This document shows positions 51,622 to 63,900 of a DNA stretch of 64,000 bases, piece after piece. How positions within the stretch are numbered: the first letter of the stretch is position 1; each line of letters opens with the position of its first letter. A program made the translations under genes and the position numbers. This DNA is from Cycas panzhihuaensis (taxonomy: Eukaryota; Plantae; Cycadophyta): positions 87,427,741 through 87,491,740 of the forward strand of contig CM041465.1 of assembly GCA_023213395.1 (NCBI GenBank). The letters run 5' to 3'. The notes under the pieces are model-generated. The model ran no database searches, had not been told where the DNA came from, and saw nothing but the letters and a program-made list of their open reading frames with translations.

Positions 51622-52213
51622 TACCAAAGAAGACTACTATCTGTAACTAGCCATCTGAAAAAACTTAAGAGCACATCATCCTCATCTCCAAGAAGAACAC
51701 GCGATGGATTTGAATAATGCAGATCTATTCAGGTAGATATACAATCCCAAATATGAATATATTAAAGTCACAGCACCCAATATCATTTTTAGAGACTTCA
51801 AGGAAATTTTGATACTTGTTAATACCAAAATTGTCAAAAATATTGGGTTCGCTTTTACACATTCGGGACGTGGATCAGGATGGTGGTACTTACTAATACA
51901 TTTATTCGCAGGCTCATATTATAGAAGCAATCCGCCTTAAAAAATCCACTATGTACATCTATACAATAGTAGAATCATTTTTGGCAGAAGAATTCTGGGC
52001 ATCCATCACATAGAAGATAACCCCTTGAATGTCTACTACAGTGCCAGAGAAGCTAGTCCAGACATAATGAGGGAAATATTTGAATTTAAAATTGACAATG
52101 TACTAAACGTGAACTGCTTTTATGGATACTTATGGGTTGAAGATGGGATACAATGGTAGGACCCAGCTTTTGAACAGAAGCTTGAAGAGGTGGATAGTGA
52201 ATCAGACGAGTAG
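51533..52213 (+). pseudogene. Putative pararetroviral ORF2 (~226 aa, 7 internal stops, no frameshift), unknown function
   Basis: ATGATG overlaps the RH end in another frame; reads to an acidic tail EEVDSESDE* directly before the non-coding region. Absent from the ORF track because of the stops. Confidence 0.55.
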
Positions 52214-52220
52214 ATCCTAC

Positions 52221-52308
52221 GTGGAGGGGGATGTCCTCCACACCATCCTAGTAAAAGGGGATGTCATTTACATTTTGATGTGTCCTAGTGAGAGGGGATG
52301 TCTTTCAC
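52221..52308 (+). repeat. Three tandem 21-nt hairpins GTNNNNG-GGGATGT-CNNNNAC
   Basis: 52221-52241, 52251-52271, 52288-52308; identical loop, different but complementary stems. Confidence 0.85.
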
Positions 52309-52357
52309 GCGTAAAAATATAAAATATTATAAACTCAACCCTTGAGGACTGACATAC

Positions 52358-52490
52358 TGACGAAAAAGACATCCACTTACCTCGAAGGGCAGATGCTCCT
52401 AGATGTTCTCCCTTAATTAATATTTTATGTCTCCACCAACTTCTTCGGGAAGTTTCCCCTAATAAAATAATACAAAAATCTTCCTATAAA
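52358..52490 (+). promoter_or_regulatory. Putative pregenomic-RNA promoter of the pararetrovirus (TGACG 52358-52362, TATAAA 52485-52490)
   Basis: Lies between the last ORF and the PBS, as in 35S-type promoters. Confidence 0.55.
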
Positions 52491-52959
52491 GAGTGAGCCT
52501 CCCCTCATTTGTAAACACACTCAGTGAAGTAAGGAGACGAAGAGTAAGGAAGGAAGGAAGAGCAAAGGGAGAAAAGGAGGATCGGAACTTTTGTAATACC
52601 TTTTGAAGTATGATACAAGGTGTAATTTCTAAAATATTTGCATCTATTGAAGCTTTCTTCTATTTTCTATCTTACTGTCATGTTGTCAAAGTATTCGATA
52701 TAAAAGTATGCTCTTGCCTCACCTATCATAGGATCTTGGCAATCAGAAATTGTATCGAATCCTACCAGCCTAAATATTCCAGTTATTATTAAGCTTGCAT
52801 AGAGACATTAGAATGTGTTCTTATATTGCCATGTTATTCTTCTAAGTTCTGGCTACGTACTAGATAAGATCTCTATTGAAGTGCAAGTGCCTGGCCTTTT
52901 AATTAGATATAAAAGACATTGGTGGCTCAGGGTAGACTGCTAGTAGCCAGGGTTTAGTG

Positions 52960-52971
52960 TGGTATCAGAGC
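52960..52971 (+). promoter_or_regulatory. Minus-strand primer-binding site (tRNA-iMet) of the pararetrovirus
   Basis: Exact TGGTATCAGAGC. Confidence 0.9.
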
Positions 52972-53273
52972 ATAGCAAAGGAGGACTCCATCAAAGGATC
53001 TTTTGTACAACACCTCCTCCATGAGGAAGTACTGCCTAGTAGTAGCCCTAATGCGTGACCTTACCTTGTCACTAGCATCGGGACGATACTACTATTTAGT
53101 AAGGTATCTTATAATATCCTCATATTATTTACTATTAGCCAATGGACGGGGGGACACATCTTGAACAGAGAGGATATGCTCGTCCGGCAAGGAATCATCA
53201 ACATGAGTGTTTGAAGAGTTAGAGATGGGGGCATTAGCTAACTGCTCAACGACCACCATTCCCTTCTTCGACT
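52972..53273 (-). pseudogene. Tat pol fragment (RH end to integrase start), probably part of element E
   Basis: SKKGMVVVEQLANAPI..DDSLPDEHIL..FLMEEVLYKRSFDGVLL, colinear with A 24530-24830. Confidence 0.85.
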
Positions 53274-53529
53274 CTCTCTATGCATATGCATAAACAAATA
53301 AGTAAATAAACAACATAACAACATTATAAACCATCACAACACCATCATCATGGGTCAAGTGGGATGTCAATTGGCCCCCGTCTCTATATATATAAATCAT
53401 ATTATATAATATTATATGGTACATCATCCTCAAGAAGTTGGAATCCTTATAGGGAGGAGTACAATCATGTGTCTACATATGGCGTGACTCCCTGGAGGTC
53501 CAATGCTTTCCTGCTCAAAACTAATCATG

Positions 53530-56063
53530 CATCTAGCTCCTCGTCGCCTTGCCCTCAGGGGGTATCGTCTCCTCATCTGCGAGACCCCTCGCTAGGAGAC
53601 CACATGCCTCCTAGGCTCCTCTTGTATTGTTGTGAGCTCCCCACCTCACTCCCATTGTCCTGAGGCCTCCTATGGGTCGTCATCATCATATGTGTATTAG
53701 ACTTGCTCCTTGACAACCTGGTCACGACTTGCTCCACTAGTTAATCGTATCTTGCTTGGATACGATCCCTCTCCTCCTCTGCGCTCTACAGTCCCTCCTC
53801 CAGCATGGTGATCTAGATCTAGCTCCCTATATCCCTGCCTGCTACTCCTCCTCCTTATGCCTCTAGTACCTGGACCTAGCCTTGTAGGGTATTCCTCTCT
53901 ACGACCGCTGGTCCCTCTCTATGCGGAGTCCATCTAGCTCTCTTTGCAGCTGTCCTACCCTCACCCAGTGTCCTTGGGACTCTACCGCTCATATATCTCT
54001 GGCCCTGATCAATGGGGTGAATGATGTCATGTGCGCCCCCGTCAATCAAGGCTCCTCTTCAACCTAGATAGGAGGTTGTCCCTCTATATAGATCTGGGGG
54101 AATAACTCTTGGACTACTGCTTCCATTAACCTCCTCATCTCCACTACTCCTGCCAAACCATACATACGATGTGTTAGTTTAATACATATATGTATATATC
54201 AAAGCATTGAAATCAAATCAAAGTAAGCTATTTAAGTAGCTAGTGGCTGAAAGATGTTGAGTAAGGATAGTGTCTCATCTCCTGGGATGACTGGCTCCTC
54301 CACTCTGACGACCACCTCCTCCATAGGAGCTCCCTCAACTGTTGGACCAGCCTCCTCTACCTCTAGCACCACCTCTCCTACATCCTGGATTGTTGGGACA
54401 TCTTCTACCTCCTCTCCTCTATCTGTCGCGACTATCGTCACCTCTATTACTACTACCATGGCCACCACTTCTACAGGAGCCCTACCTGCTGCTCTCACCC
54501 CACAGCGGTGTGCGTGGTGGCCTATCTCCTCTCATGACCCAGACGGTGGCCTCTCATCCCTCTGACTCTGATGGGCCTACCTCTCCTCTTGTAATCCCTG
54601 ATGGGCCTGCCTCTCCTCCTGCAGCTCCTGATAGGCCTACCCCATTGCCCCCATCATTGCCTCCATGCTCATCGGGGTCATCTCCCAGCTCTCTTGTCAT
54701 ATTATCGCTCTCCTAATGCACCCCTCTATATGGGTCTACTATATAGTCTGCCAGGGTGAGAAGGTCGAGTGACGTCACCTCTACTGATCTCCAAACGTAG
54801 ACCTGATCCTCAGTTCCCCTGAACTGAGTCTACCACTTGTGTACCATGGGCGCTCGTATCGAGATGGGATGCAGTCCCCCTCACGGTGTGACTGCTCTGA
54901 AATGGTCAAAGAACCATCACTATAGTAGGGTATAATATGAGAAACCACCTCTCCTTGCCACTCAGATTGTGTCTAGTTATGCCACCATATTTACTGTTAT
55001 TAAGGTGGCCTAATCCAACCTCTCTCTGGCCTCACACCTCCTAACTATAGCTATCAACCCGTCTGGAATGTCCTTGTAGTTCTGTTTTTGGGAGATTTTG
55101 AACATAATACCCAGTGTGATAAGCTTCCTCACCCGAGGAATCTGTGACATCACCATAGCCTACATCGACACCCCTCATCGATCCCACCTGCCTTAGCCTA
55201 TGAAATATGTTATCACCTCTGTGTGTGCACTATCTATGTTGGGTAATGTACCCAATGATGTTGGTGCTCCTCCTACTGGCACCCTTAGAATCCTCCTAAT
55301 GTCTCCTAGTGTGATAGTGACGTCTCCTACCTAAGGGAGATGGAAGATATGTCATCGTCGATCCTAGTAGGAGACTATATCCACTAGGAGGTGTTGATTT
55401 GAGGCATATTGGGGCATCCTGATGACCTTTAGGAGCCCACAATTTCTTAATATCCCTTTGTCCCTCTGTGACATCATCTTTATAAAACTCAACATAGCCA
55501 TTCTGACATTCTTGCGGTTATCCACCATGATAACCACCTACAAAAACACCTAAATATCAGTCTAAATCCTCCTCATACTATGCCTAGCTCCCCTTAGGAT
55601 GCCTCTTGCTCCACTTGGATGAGCTAGCCATCCTTTCGGGCCTCTTTTCTTCTCTTTTCCACCATTTCCTCTCTTCCTTGCATCAAACTCTGCAGTACCA
55701 CGGAGTTTGATATGGGCCCCACTAAGATTTTTGTGTCCCCTCAGTGGCCCTAAGGCAAACTCTGTGGCACCACGATCTTTACCACAGGGCCATTGTTTCC
55801 CCCTTAAAAAAAGGAGTGGGGGTGCCTAAAAATCCCCAAAAAATTTCCCCAAGTGTGTTAAGGCTTAGCCCACTAGGACCAGGGCTACCTAATGCCCTGG
55901 TCCTCCCCCTCTCTGGGCCTCATTCGAGCTTTAGAGGGTCCCAAATCACCCTTAAGGGGCCCAAATTAAGATATAAAAACCTCAAAAAGTCACTAAATGC
56001 AAACGATGAAATGAAGAGGGTAAGGGGCGATCCACTCACCAGATCTAGCCTCGCCACCATCAT
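53530..56063 (-). pseudogene. Antisense three-exon PMD gene of D (exon 1 56063-56040, exon 2 55537-54279, exon 3 54149-~53530)
   Basis: MMVARLDL|VVIMVDNRKN.. with intact GTGAGT donor and TTTTTGTAG acceptor; PMD motif HIFHLP*VGDVTITLGDIRRIL. Confidence 0.8.
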
Positions 56064-56794
56064 CTTGTCGTCTCGATCACATTAGTTGTCTCCTTTACCT
56101 CGATCCAATGGTTGGATCTCTTGCTGTGTGCTCCTGAAGTCGGGTAGGGATCTGCTATGCAGAAGAAAGGGCTCTAGATCAATCACAAGCCTGTGAAAAT
56201 GAATCTCATTTTCACCCTTCTTCCTTTATATACGTCGGGGCCCCGAGGGGTACTTCCTCCTTTTTTGTCACCGTGACAACCCTTAAGACCATTTTCTTAG
56301 CCTTATTATCTTTATCTTCAGGGCCCATCTCCTATTTCACCTCTATGGCCTTTTTTTTTAGCTTTTTGGCATATTTTTGACGACCCCTTCAGTCTCCCGT
56401 AGACCCCTTTTATCTCATTTTTTGTGCTGCTCCAAAACATACCCATATTTATACTCTTATGACTCATTTTATAATTCTAGATCCGTTCTTGTTGCCTATT
56501 CAAGCCTTTAGGGCTACCAAAAGAAGCGAGTCCCCTTTTCTGGGCCTCATCTTAGTCCTTTTAGCAACCTTTAAGGTCCCAAAAGGGCCTTTTTGCCATT
56601 ATTTCCACCTCGTTAGGTCAATTCCTCGTCCCTGAGTAGCCTCTTTTCAGGACTCTCTTGTCTTTCATAATGCATATTCATAGCCTTCTAAGTGCTTTTT
56701 AGCCCCATCGCTACCTCTCCTCCCTTCTCTCCACCTATTGACCCTGCTGTCATTATTCCTTTTACTGTTTGATGGGGATCCTCACTTCTTCATC

Positions 56795-57217
56795 ATGGTA
56801 TTGCTCATCTTTACTGATGGAAGAAGTCGTGGTAATCCAGGACCTTCTGCCGTCGCATGGATCCCATGTGACCCCTCTAGATATGACTACATGTGTTCCA
56901 AAATCTTCCTTCCTGAGGTCACTAATAATAAAGCTGAATACATAGCCGTCATTGAGGCCCTTACCGATGCATTATGTTTTTACCACAGTTCCATCATCCC
57001 TCTTTGCGACTCTCAGATTGTCTTATCACAGCTTACCTAAGTTTACCTGGTACATTGCCTGTATTTGAGAGCCCTGGCTTTGACCACCAGATCTCTCCTA
57101 TCTCATTTCTCCTCCGTGGATATTCAACACATTCCTCGAGACCTAAATGCCAAGGCAAATAATCTTATTTGTCATATCCTCGAGCATCATCTCTCTCTTC
57201 TCAATGATCCTCCCTGA
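56795..57217 (+). pseudogene. Stand-alone archaeal-type RNase H of D (141 codons, one internal stop)
   Basis: IFTDGRSRGNPG..TNNKAEYIAVIEAL..CDSQIV..HIPRDLNAKANNL. Confidence 0.88.
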
Positions 57218-57727
57218 GGAGCCTATTAGATTGCCTAATCACCTAGGTTCTGGGATTGTCTCTTCTTCTATTTTGTGATCTGTTCGTACCTCTAAAAGAT
57301 GGCCACTTATGAGGTTAAACTATGGTGACCACCAGGTTTGTTTCTTCACCTTGTCCTTCATACCACCCATGGTGCGAAGCCCCTGTATGTCAATCCACTC
57401 TTGTATATACTTTCTGTTATGTAATCACACTTTTTGTTATGCTATCTTGTTATGCTCATGACTATCGACATCTTTTACCTCGCATAGATGTGATGGGGGC
57501 ATCTCCCTCATCCACTCTCCTCTCTTCATAATATTATAGAGCGATCCATAGGCATCCCCTATGTCACCTTTCTTTCCTCCATATCCATGCGTTTTGCCAC
57601 AACACTTGCCACCACCCTTGGATGATGACACCACTATACTTTAATGCTCGATACTAACCTTTATGTTGATAGCATTCACCATCTCATCATGCTTTTAAGC
57701 AGCAAGGCTCTACTACCAAGGGGGCAA

Positions 57728-60700
57728 TGTTTTTGAGCTACCGGGAATGGACATGGATGACTCACCTCAAGTAAGCGTAGGTATGTGTCTATCCTCACCT
57801 TCATTGGCATCAAGATGCTATTGGATTGTCGATAGATATACGTTGCAGATTGATTAATTAATTGCATGATCATTGTGCTTGGCTTACCTGCATATTCATG
57901 TTTGCACATAATATTCTAACCTATGACGACTTGGGACAGGCATCCCATCGCATCTTACGACCCTTTGCCATGTCTCCACAATATCTCTAAGTGCTTTTGG
58001 CTCTTGTAGCTCGTCCTTTATCACTTCTTGGTATGACGTGATCCCTGGCAGCTCGTTTAGGCCTCGTTGTCACCCTTGTTTACCACTTGTCTCTCTTTGG
58101 GGCCTTGTTGCCACCTCTTTCTCATTCATCATGGTCCCTTTAGGTCCTATAACCCCTCTTGGCACCTCGACATTGCATTATTATCCTTTTGGGATCTAGG
58201 GCCCCCTTTTTAGGGACCCTTATGGGCTCCCCTTTTTGGTTTTAAGCTAATTTTGAGTGTACCGTTACAAATTTTGTGGTACTGCTACAAACTTTGCAGT
58301 ACCATGAAGTTTGTCACGATGCAATTGTTTAAATTTTTTTTTTTATCTAGCCATGGCCAATTTTGCATAAAATGTGAAATTGACACGTGGTGCTTAGTTA
58401 TTTCCACCGTGGCAAGCCCTAATCACTCGTTAGGCTAGGGTTGGGTTTAAAAACCCAAAATTTGCCTCATTCCTTTTCTTCTTCCTCCTCATCTCTAAGA
58501 AACATTTTTGAAATGAAAGCTCTCACCTATTGTACCTATCCTTCAGTCCAGCCATCATCTTCCTGAGGGTACAACCCTTAGTTATATGTCTACAATAGTG
58601 AGCTTTAGGACAGATCTCCTCCACAAGCACTCCATCAAGGCATAAGTATATAGTTTATTTGTTGGTCAAGTTCTCTCCTTGTGTCCTTACAGGGGTTCTC
58701 CACCACTCCTTTAAGGGAAACTTCCTTCCCAACCAACACATAAGGTAGACTCACCTGAGATCTATTTTTGCTAAGTATTTACAAGCTTGTACATCATTCT
58801 TTTCCTTAAGCATAAGGGTTTCCTTGCTTACTTTTTAGTTTATTGCGTGAAACTACCTCCTATTTGTCTATTCTAGAAGGCAAACCCTTCCCTTTCTCAG
58901 GTTTATTCCCTTACACGTTGAGGTTTCCCTCAGGTCCACTCAAGGAGGTAGAGAGAAAAGAATCTAGTGAAGAGAGAAAGGAGTTTCGGTAGGGTTCCAT
59001 ACCCTTTTGCCATCTCTTCAAGGTCAACCCCCTACTCTTCGCTCCTTTTCCTCTCCGAATACCTCTTTTGTCCACCCAGAAATCCTTAGGGTAGGGAGCC
59101 TTGTTGGTTGCAACATTAGCAGCACCTTGTTACGCCTACAACTAGCCTTCATAGCTTCACAAAATCTGGTTTTTAATAGTAGCTCCTTTGATTTACATAG
59201 TCTTACCTCTCTTTTATAAAATCTTACAAAAGTTGCACATTACAACTTTTTCAACTTTTACATTTCCTTGTAACTTTTCTGTATACAAAGTTTTTTGCTC
59301 TTTTACCATTGGAAAAACTTGGCTTATGTCATGATTTGCTTACTTGAGTACTTGGGAACGTGGAGACAAACCATTAGGAGGGTTAGTTATTCTAAGGCTA
59401 CCCTTCTCTCTTCCTTTTACCCCCCTTGCCCACAATCATTGAAACACTTTATTTACATAATAAGTAAAATTAACATTGTACATGGTATTTATTTGGAGGA
59501 TGTTTACATAAGGTTACTCTCATTTTTTCCCTTTTCCTTTTGATAAGCATATGTACATATGTTTGCTCCCATGCATGCCTAGTGCCCCTTGGGAAAGGAT
59601 AAACCATTTGTTGTGTAGGTTTCGCCTCTTTTGGAGCAACTGAAGGCCTTCACAAAATGTGTACATACCTCTCTTATTGTTATTACATTATTTTGAAACT
59701 TCATTATAAGCAATTCTTTCTTTTTCCTTTGGTTCCTTTTGTATTTGGATGTTGGGGAAGGTAAGGAAGCCCCACTAATGTTCCTCTTGCCATATCGATC
59801 ACGACAAGGAGCGTTCGGTGGACAGGTATGGATCGCAAAGAAAGTGAAAAGGCCTCTACACTGACTGTCTAGTTTCCAGATGCACTACTTCTATCCTATC
59901 CTCTCACTCATTCCTCCCCCCCCCTTTTTACACCCAAAGGAAGAAAATGAAGAACAAAAGAGAAGATAATTTTGTGTTTCATTATTTGTTGCTCAACTTG
60001 TTTGATCATATAGGGGGGAGGGTAATTACTTTGTATAAGTAGGCGTCAATCCCTACTAGTTACATCTTTACCCTCCCTCTCTTGGCTCAAACTCTTGCAT
60101 TCGCCTGAGTTTGAGTGTAAAGGGTTATGAGTCCCTCTATTCCCAACCTATCCTTTTTCCCACATACCATTGGGTTGACTTGTATTAGTCCCTTGCATCC
60201 TCTTCCTGCGCTTCCTAACTGCTTGTTTCTTTTTATGCTTATAAAAAGATAAAAAGAGAGAGGCTAGGATCTAGGAAGAGAGAGAGAGTTGTATTTTTCT
60301 TGTTTAATTCTTTTTTAATCCAAATATAAATCAGAAATAACAATTCATAGCACTATCCTATCTCATTGTATAATGAAAACAAAGAAACATGATACATTGC
60401 GTAACTCCTCCTACATCTAGTCATCTGTTTCAGGTGTAGACATCTTAGGGGCATCCCCCTTAAGGTTTTCCTCCCCTTTTTAATGAGGCCTCACTTTGTC
60501 TTACTTCCATTTAGAAGTTGACCTCTTTCAGTCCAACTTCCCCTTGTCATCCATACTACTAATCACCCATCACTTGCTTGTAGGTACTTCCTCTTCTAGT
60601 TAGGACCTACCTCTCCCGTTCCCTTTCCTTGGGAAGGGTGTATCCATCTCAACCCTCCTTCCTTGGCTATTTAGAATAGGAAGGTCCCTTGAGGCTACTT

Positions 60701-60924
60701 GGCAAATCGAGAGTGCCCCCCTTTGTCTGCTTCGAATCGAGGAGGTGCTTACCTTGAGGGGGAGTTTGTGTGCTATTTGTGGGTCATCGAACCTACGTTT
60801 TGACACATCGATGCCCTTTGTGGGTAATTATTTCCCTTGCTTCTATAGATCCTTTAGCCATATGACTATTGATTATATTGGCTTGATCTCTTTGTATCTG
60901 GTGAACCCTAGAGGTACACTTCCA
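57728..60924 (+). repeat. 3' LTR of D (~3.2 kb)
   Basis: TG follows the PPT; CA terminus shared with the C copy at 13323; distantly colinear with the A LTR. Confidence 0.88.
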
Positions 60925-63900
60925 ACTATTATAACAAACATACATTTAAGAGGGTTCAAGCTAACATGGTATTTATGATACCTAATAAAGATGATGCGCA
61001 AATCATCAAGATGTTGGGCCCTTTTACGTGAAAGACCCATCATGTCATCCATGAAGACCTTGAGGGTTTTATTTATGAGGTCATGAAAGATGAACTGCAT
61101 CGCCCTTTAGTAAGTGACACTTACATTTTTGAGTCTAAAGGGCATTGCTTTGTAAGCGAAGGTACCCCAAGAAGTGGTGAAGGTCATTTTGTGACAATCT
61201 TCAGGAGAGATTTGGATCTAGTTATACCCAAAGAAGCCATCCATCTAGGACATGATTTCGAATCCAACAGTTTGATCAATGATTTGATTGATGAAAGGTA
61301 GGGGGAAGTTGTCTTTGAGACATGCATTGTTGATATCATAGAAATTAACACATATCTAGATCGTTTCGTTCCTTTTAGCAATGGGAATGATGTTTGAGAC
61401 CCACTTGGGGTAATCGATGGAGGTGATCAACCCTGTGTCAAAGAGTTTCTCAACGTCTATATTCACGGTGGCAGATAGTTTAGGATGGACGGGGTGTTGC
61501 TTTTGCCACATAGGGTGAGTGCTCAAAATAGTAGTAAGGTTATGGGTGACAATGGAGGGGTCTATTCCCTTCATGTCAGTGTAATCCCATGTGAAAATGT
61601 CATAGAACTCTTGAAAAAAAATGGTGTATTCCTTTATTTCTTTAGGGGAATAATCCACTCCTACCTTGATGACCTTTCTAAGAGCAAGGATGGTGTCCTT
61701 AGTTGCCCTTATGCATGGCATTCCCTTCCTTGAAATGAAGGGGGCTTGGTCAATAGGAAGGGGTGAAGAAGAGTTAAGCGAGGCTTGGGTCAGCTAAGGG
61801 TGACCTAAGGGCTAGAATCTTTCAGTAATCGAGTTTATGGTGACCAAGAGGGAGGTTGGGCATGGAGCCTTTAGATGCTATAATAGCATCGTCATTCTTA
61901 AAGCAATCTATCCCATAGATAGTTATGCTTCAAGAAGACGAGGAATGAGGAGTAGGAGGAGCGGCGAGGCCATAGCGATCGTCCAACCACTTAATATAGT
62001 CAGGAGACTCTTCAGAAGAGTCAGAGGGTGACCTCTTATTACAGGTAATGGGAGGTTCCCTTGCCTTATCACTCGAAGAGGACGATGAGGTAAAATATGA
62101 AGTGAGATGGGAAGTCACACAAGAAATGAGAGTAACGTGTGACTCGACAAGAAGGCCAGGCTCCTCAACAGAAGAAGCTTCAGGTTAGGACTCAAAACGA
62201 AGCGAATAACCCCTACTCAGGTTCAAGAGGGATATGGGATGAGGCAGGTCCTCATCCTCACCGTCAGACTCATCGTCACTCAACATGGTGAGGTACCTAT
62301 AACTCCCCACACCAATATGAGTGAAATGAATGAGGTTGGAGGAAGAAGAGGAAGGGCCCTCTTTCGAACAAGATGGACTAGGAATGTTAATAGAGCAAGT
62401 GAAAGCAGGGGTGGATGGGCCCTTATTGCCCTTTACTAGGCCACGAATCGCTTAATGGGATTGATGCGATTACTTGGTGGGAGGAGGCTCCCAAGCAACA
62501 ACCTTCATTTTCCCTTTGTGGACGAACTTGAGTTGCCCCCAACGAGACAAACACATGGCTCCCATTTGGTTGAGCCATGGATGTCCCAACAAAAGATTAT
62601 AGTCCACCTCTATGTCGAGGACCACGATATCAGTGAGGATGGTTTTATCCTTAAGGGTAAGAGAAATAGAGACACACCCTAAAGGCGTTTTCTTACTACC
62701 ATCATAGCCTTGACAACGCTATGGGACTAGCTTAAGAGTCGTTATGCCTAACTCTTGCATGATTCACAAGCACGTAGCATTGATAGAAGAACCCTTGTCT
62801 ACAATAGTTCTTCGAAGAGTACACCCAGGAGTGTCTATGGATATAGTGAAAGGATAGTGCCATTGGCATTCCCTTTTGCTGGTTAGAGGGAGATCTTTAA
62901 GGTTAAATGAGATAACAGGTTTATGGCTTAGGGCAACACCCAAGGCATGAATGGAAGCGTCAGCCAATCCTAAAGTCTCAAGGAGGAAAGCGTGCTGCTC
63001 TTGATAGCTCCTCAAAACGTCCATCATGGACATCCCTACAGCCTCGATGTGAAGCTTGTTAATGATGGAGAAGGGATTTCCCTTTCCAGTGGGTTGGAGA
63101 AACGCCCTTCAAAAATTATAATGACCAGGGCAAACGAGAATTGTCTTATGGAGTGGCGGAATCTCTAAAAGAGGATTCTCCAAAGGAGGATCAAGCAGAG
63201 AGGAAGAAGAGGCTCCTATGACCTCTTTGGCTACTTCAGACTGAGTCAAAGTATACAAAGGCATGGTCTCAAGCATCTGGATAACTCTCTTTCCCTTATT
63301 TTTGGATTGAGAGGGAGAAGGGGTTTGGCGAGAATCAGAAGAGGAGGAAGAGTTCCTTATCCCCTTCCCCTTAGCTTGCATTGGGCAAGGGTTAGGGGAT
63401 CTTCCCCTATTTTAATTCCCCCTTTGCTAATCTCATTCCCCATGGGTATGCTGATCTCATTTCCCATGTTTGGGGAAAGGTTCTCTATGAACGGGTTGGT
63501 CTAGATTAGGCTTAGATGCCCATTTAGAAGAGGAGTCATGATGCATGGCAGATTTGGAATATTGTGCCCTGCATTACAAGTCCTCATAGAAATAATCGCT
63601 ATGAATAGAGCACTATTTCTTCTCTAAGGAAGAGTTCATCTTCCTCGCTTGAAAAGCATGGGTATTTCCATTCTTAGAAGACGCAGCTTAGAAGGCTTGA
63701 TGAATAAGTTTATGAGATGTCGACGATGAAGGAGGAGCTTGGAGTTTAAGTTCCTTCATCGTACATTCGAAAGGTGTATGGTAGAAGTCAATGGATCCAA
63801 GGTCTTCTCTGTCGAGTGGGTCGAAGACTTAGAAGGTTGTTGAGTTTTAGTGTTGCGAGATAGAGAGGGTGCCTCACATCGTTACGATGACTTAAGAGGT

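Larger units (their letters stand above)
49322..52971 (+). mobile_element. Endogenous pararetrovirus (Caulimoviridae) 3' half: AP-RT-RH, ORF2, intergenic region, tRNA-Met PBS
   Basis: Caulimovirid RT signatures (CPAFMVNKHSEQKQGKERIVINYKPLN; IYSKFDCKSGFYQI; [22 protein letters not shown]; YIDD); no integrase after RH; perfect TGGTATCAGAGC at 52960-52971. Confidence 0.92.
53274..60924 (+). mobile_element. Element D: 3' half of a Tat element (antisense PMD gene, aRH, PPT, complete 3' LTR)
   Basis: Colinear with A 26440-31417; PPT 57718-57727; LTR TGTTTTTG...CACTTCCA. Confidence 0.9.

Noticed and set aside
52214-52308. Hairpin triplet as a CRISPR-like array
   Set aside because: Only three units, gaps of 9 and 16 nt, variation lies within the stems, no cas genes, eukaryotic viral context.
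52122-52322. 66-aa ORF from the track as the viral last ORF
   Set aside because: Out of frame with the longer 51533-52213 reading, runs across the hairpin array and has no recognisable motif.
52299-52971. Purine run + TG... + PBS read as an LTR of a new integrase-less LTR element
   Set aside because: No clear terminal CA before the PBS, no second copy or TSD; a circular caulimovirid intergenic region (quasi-LTR) explains it.
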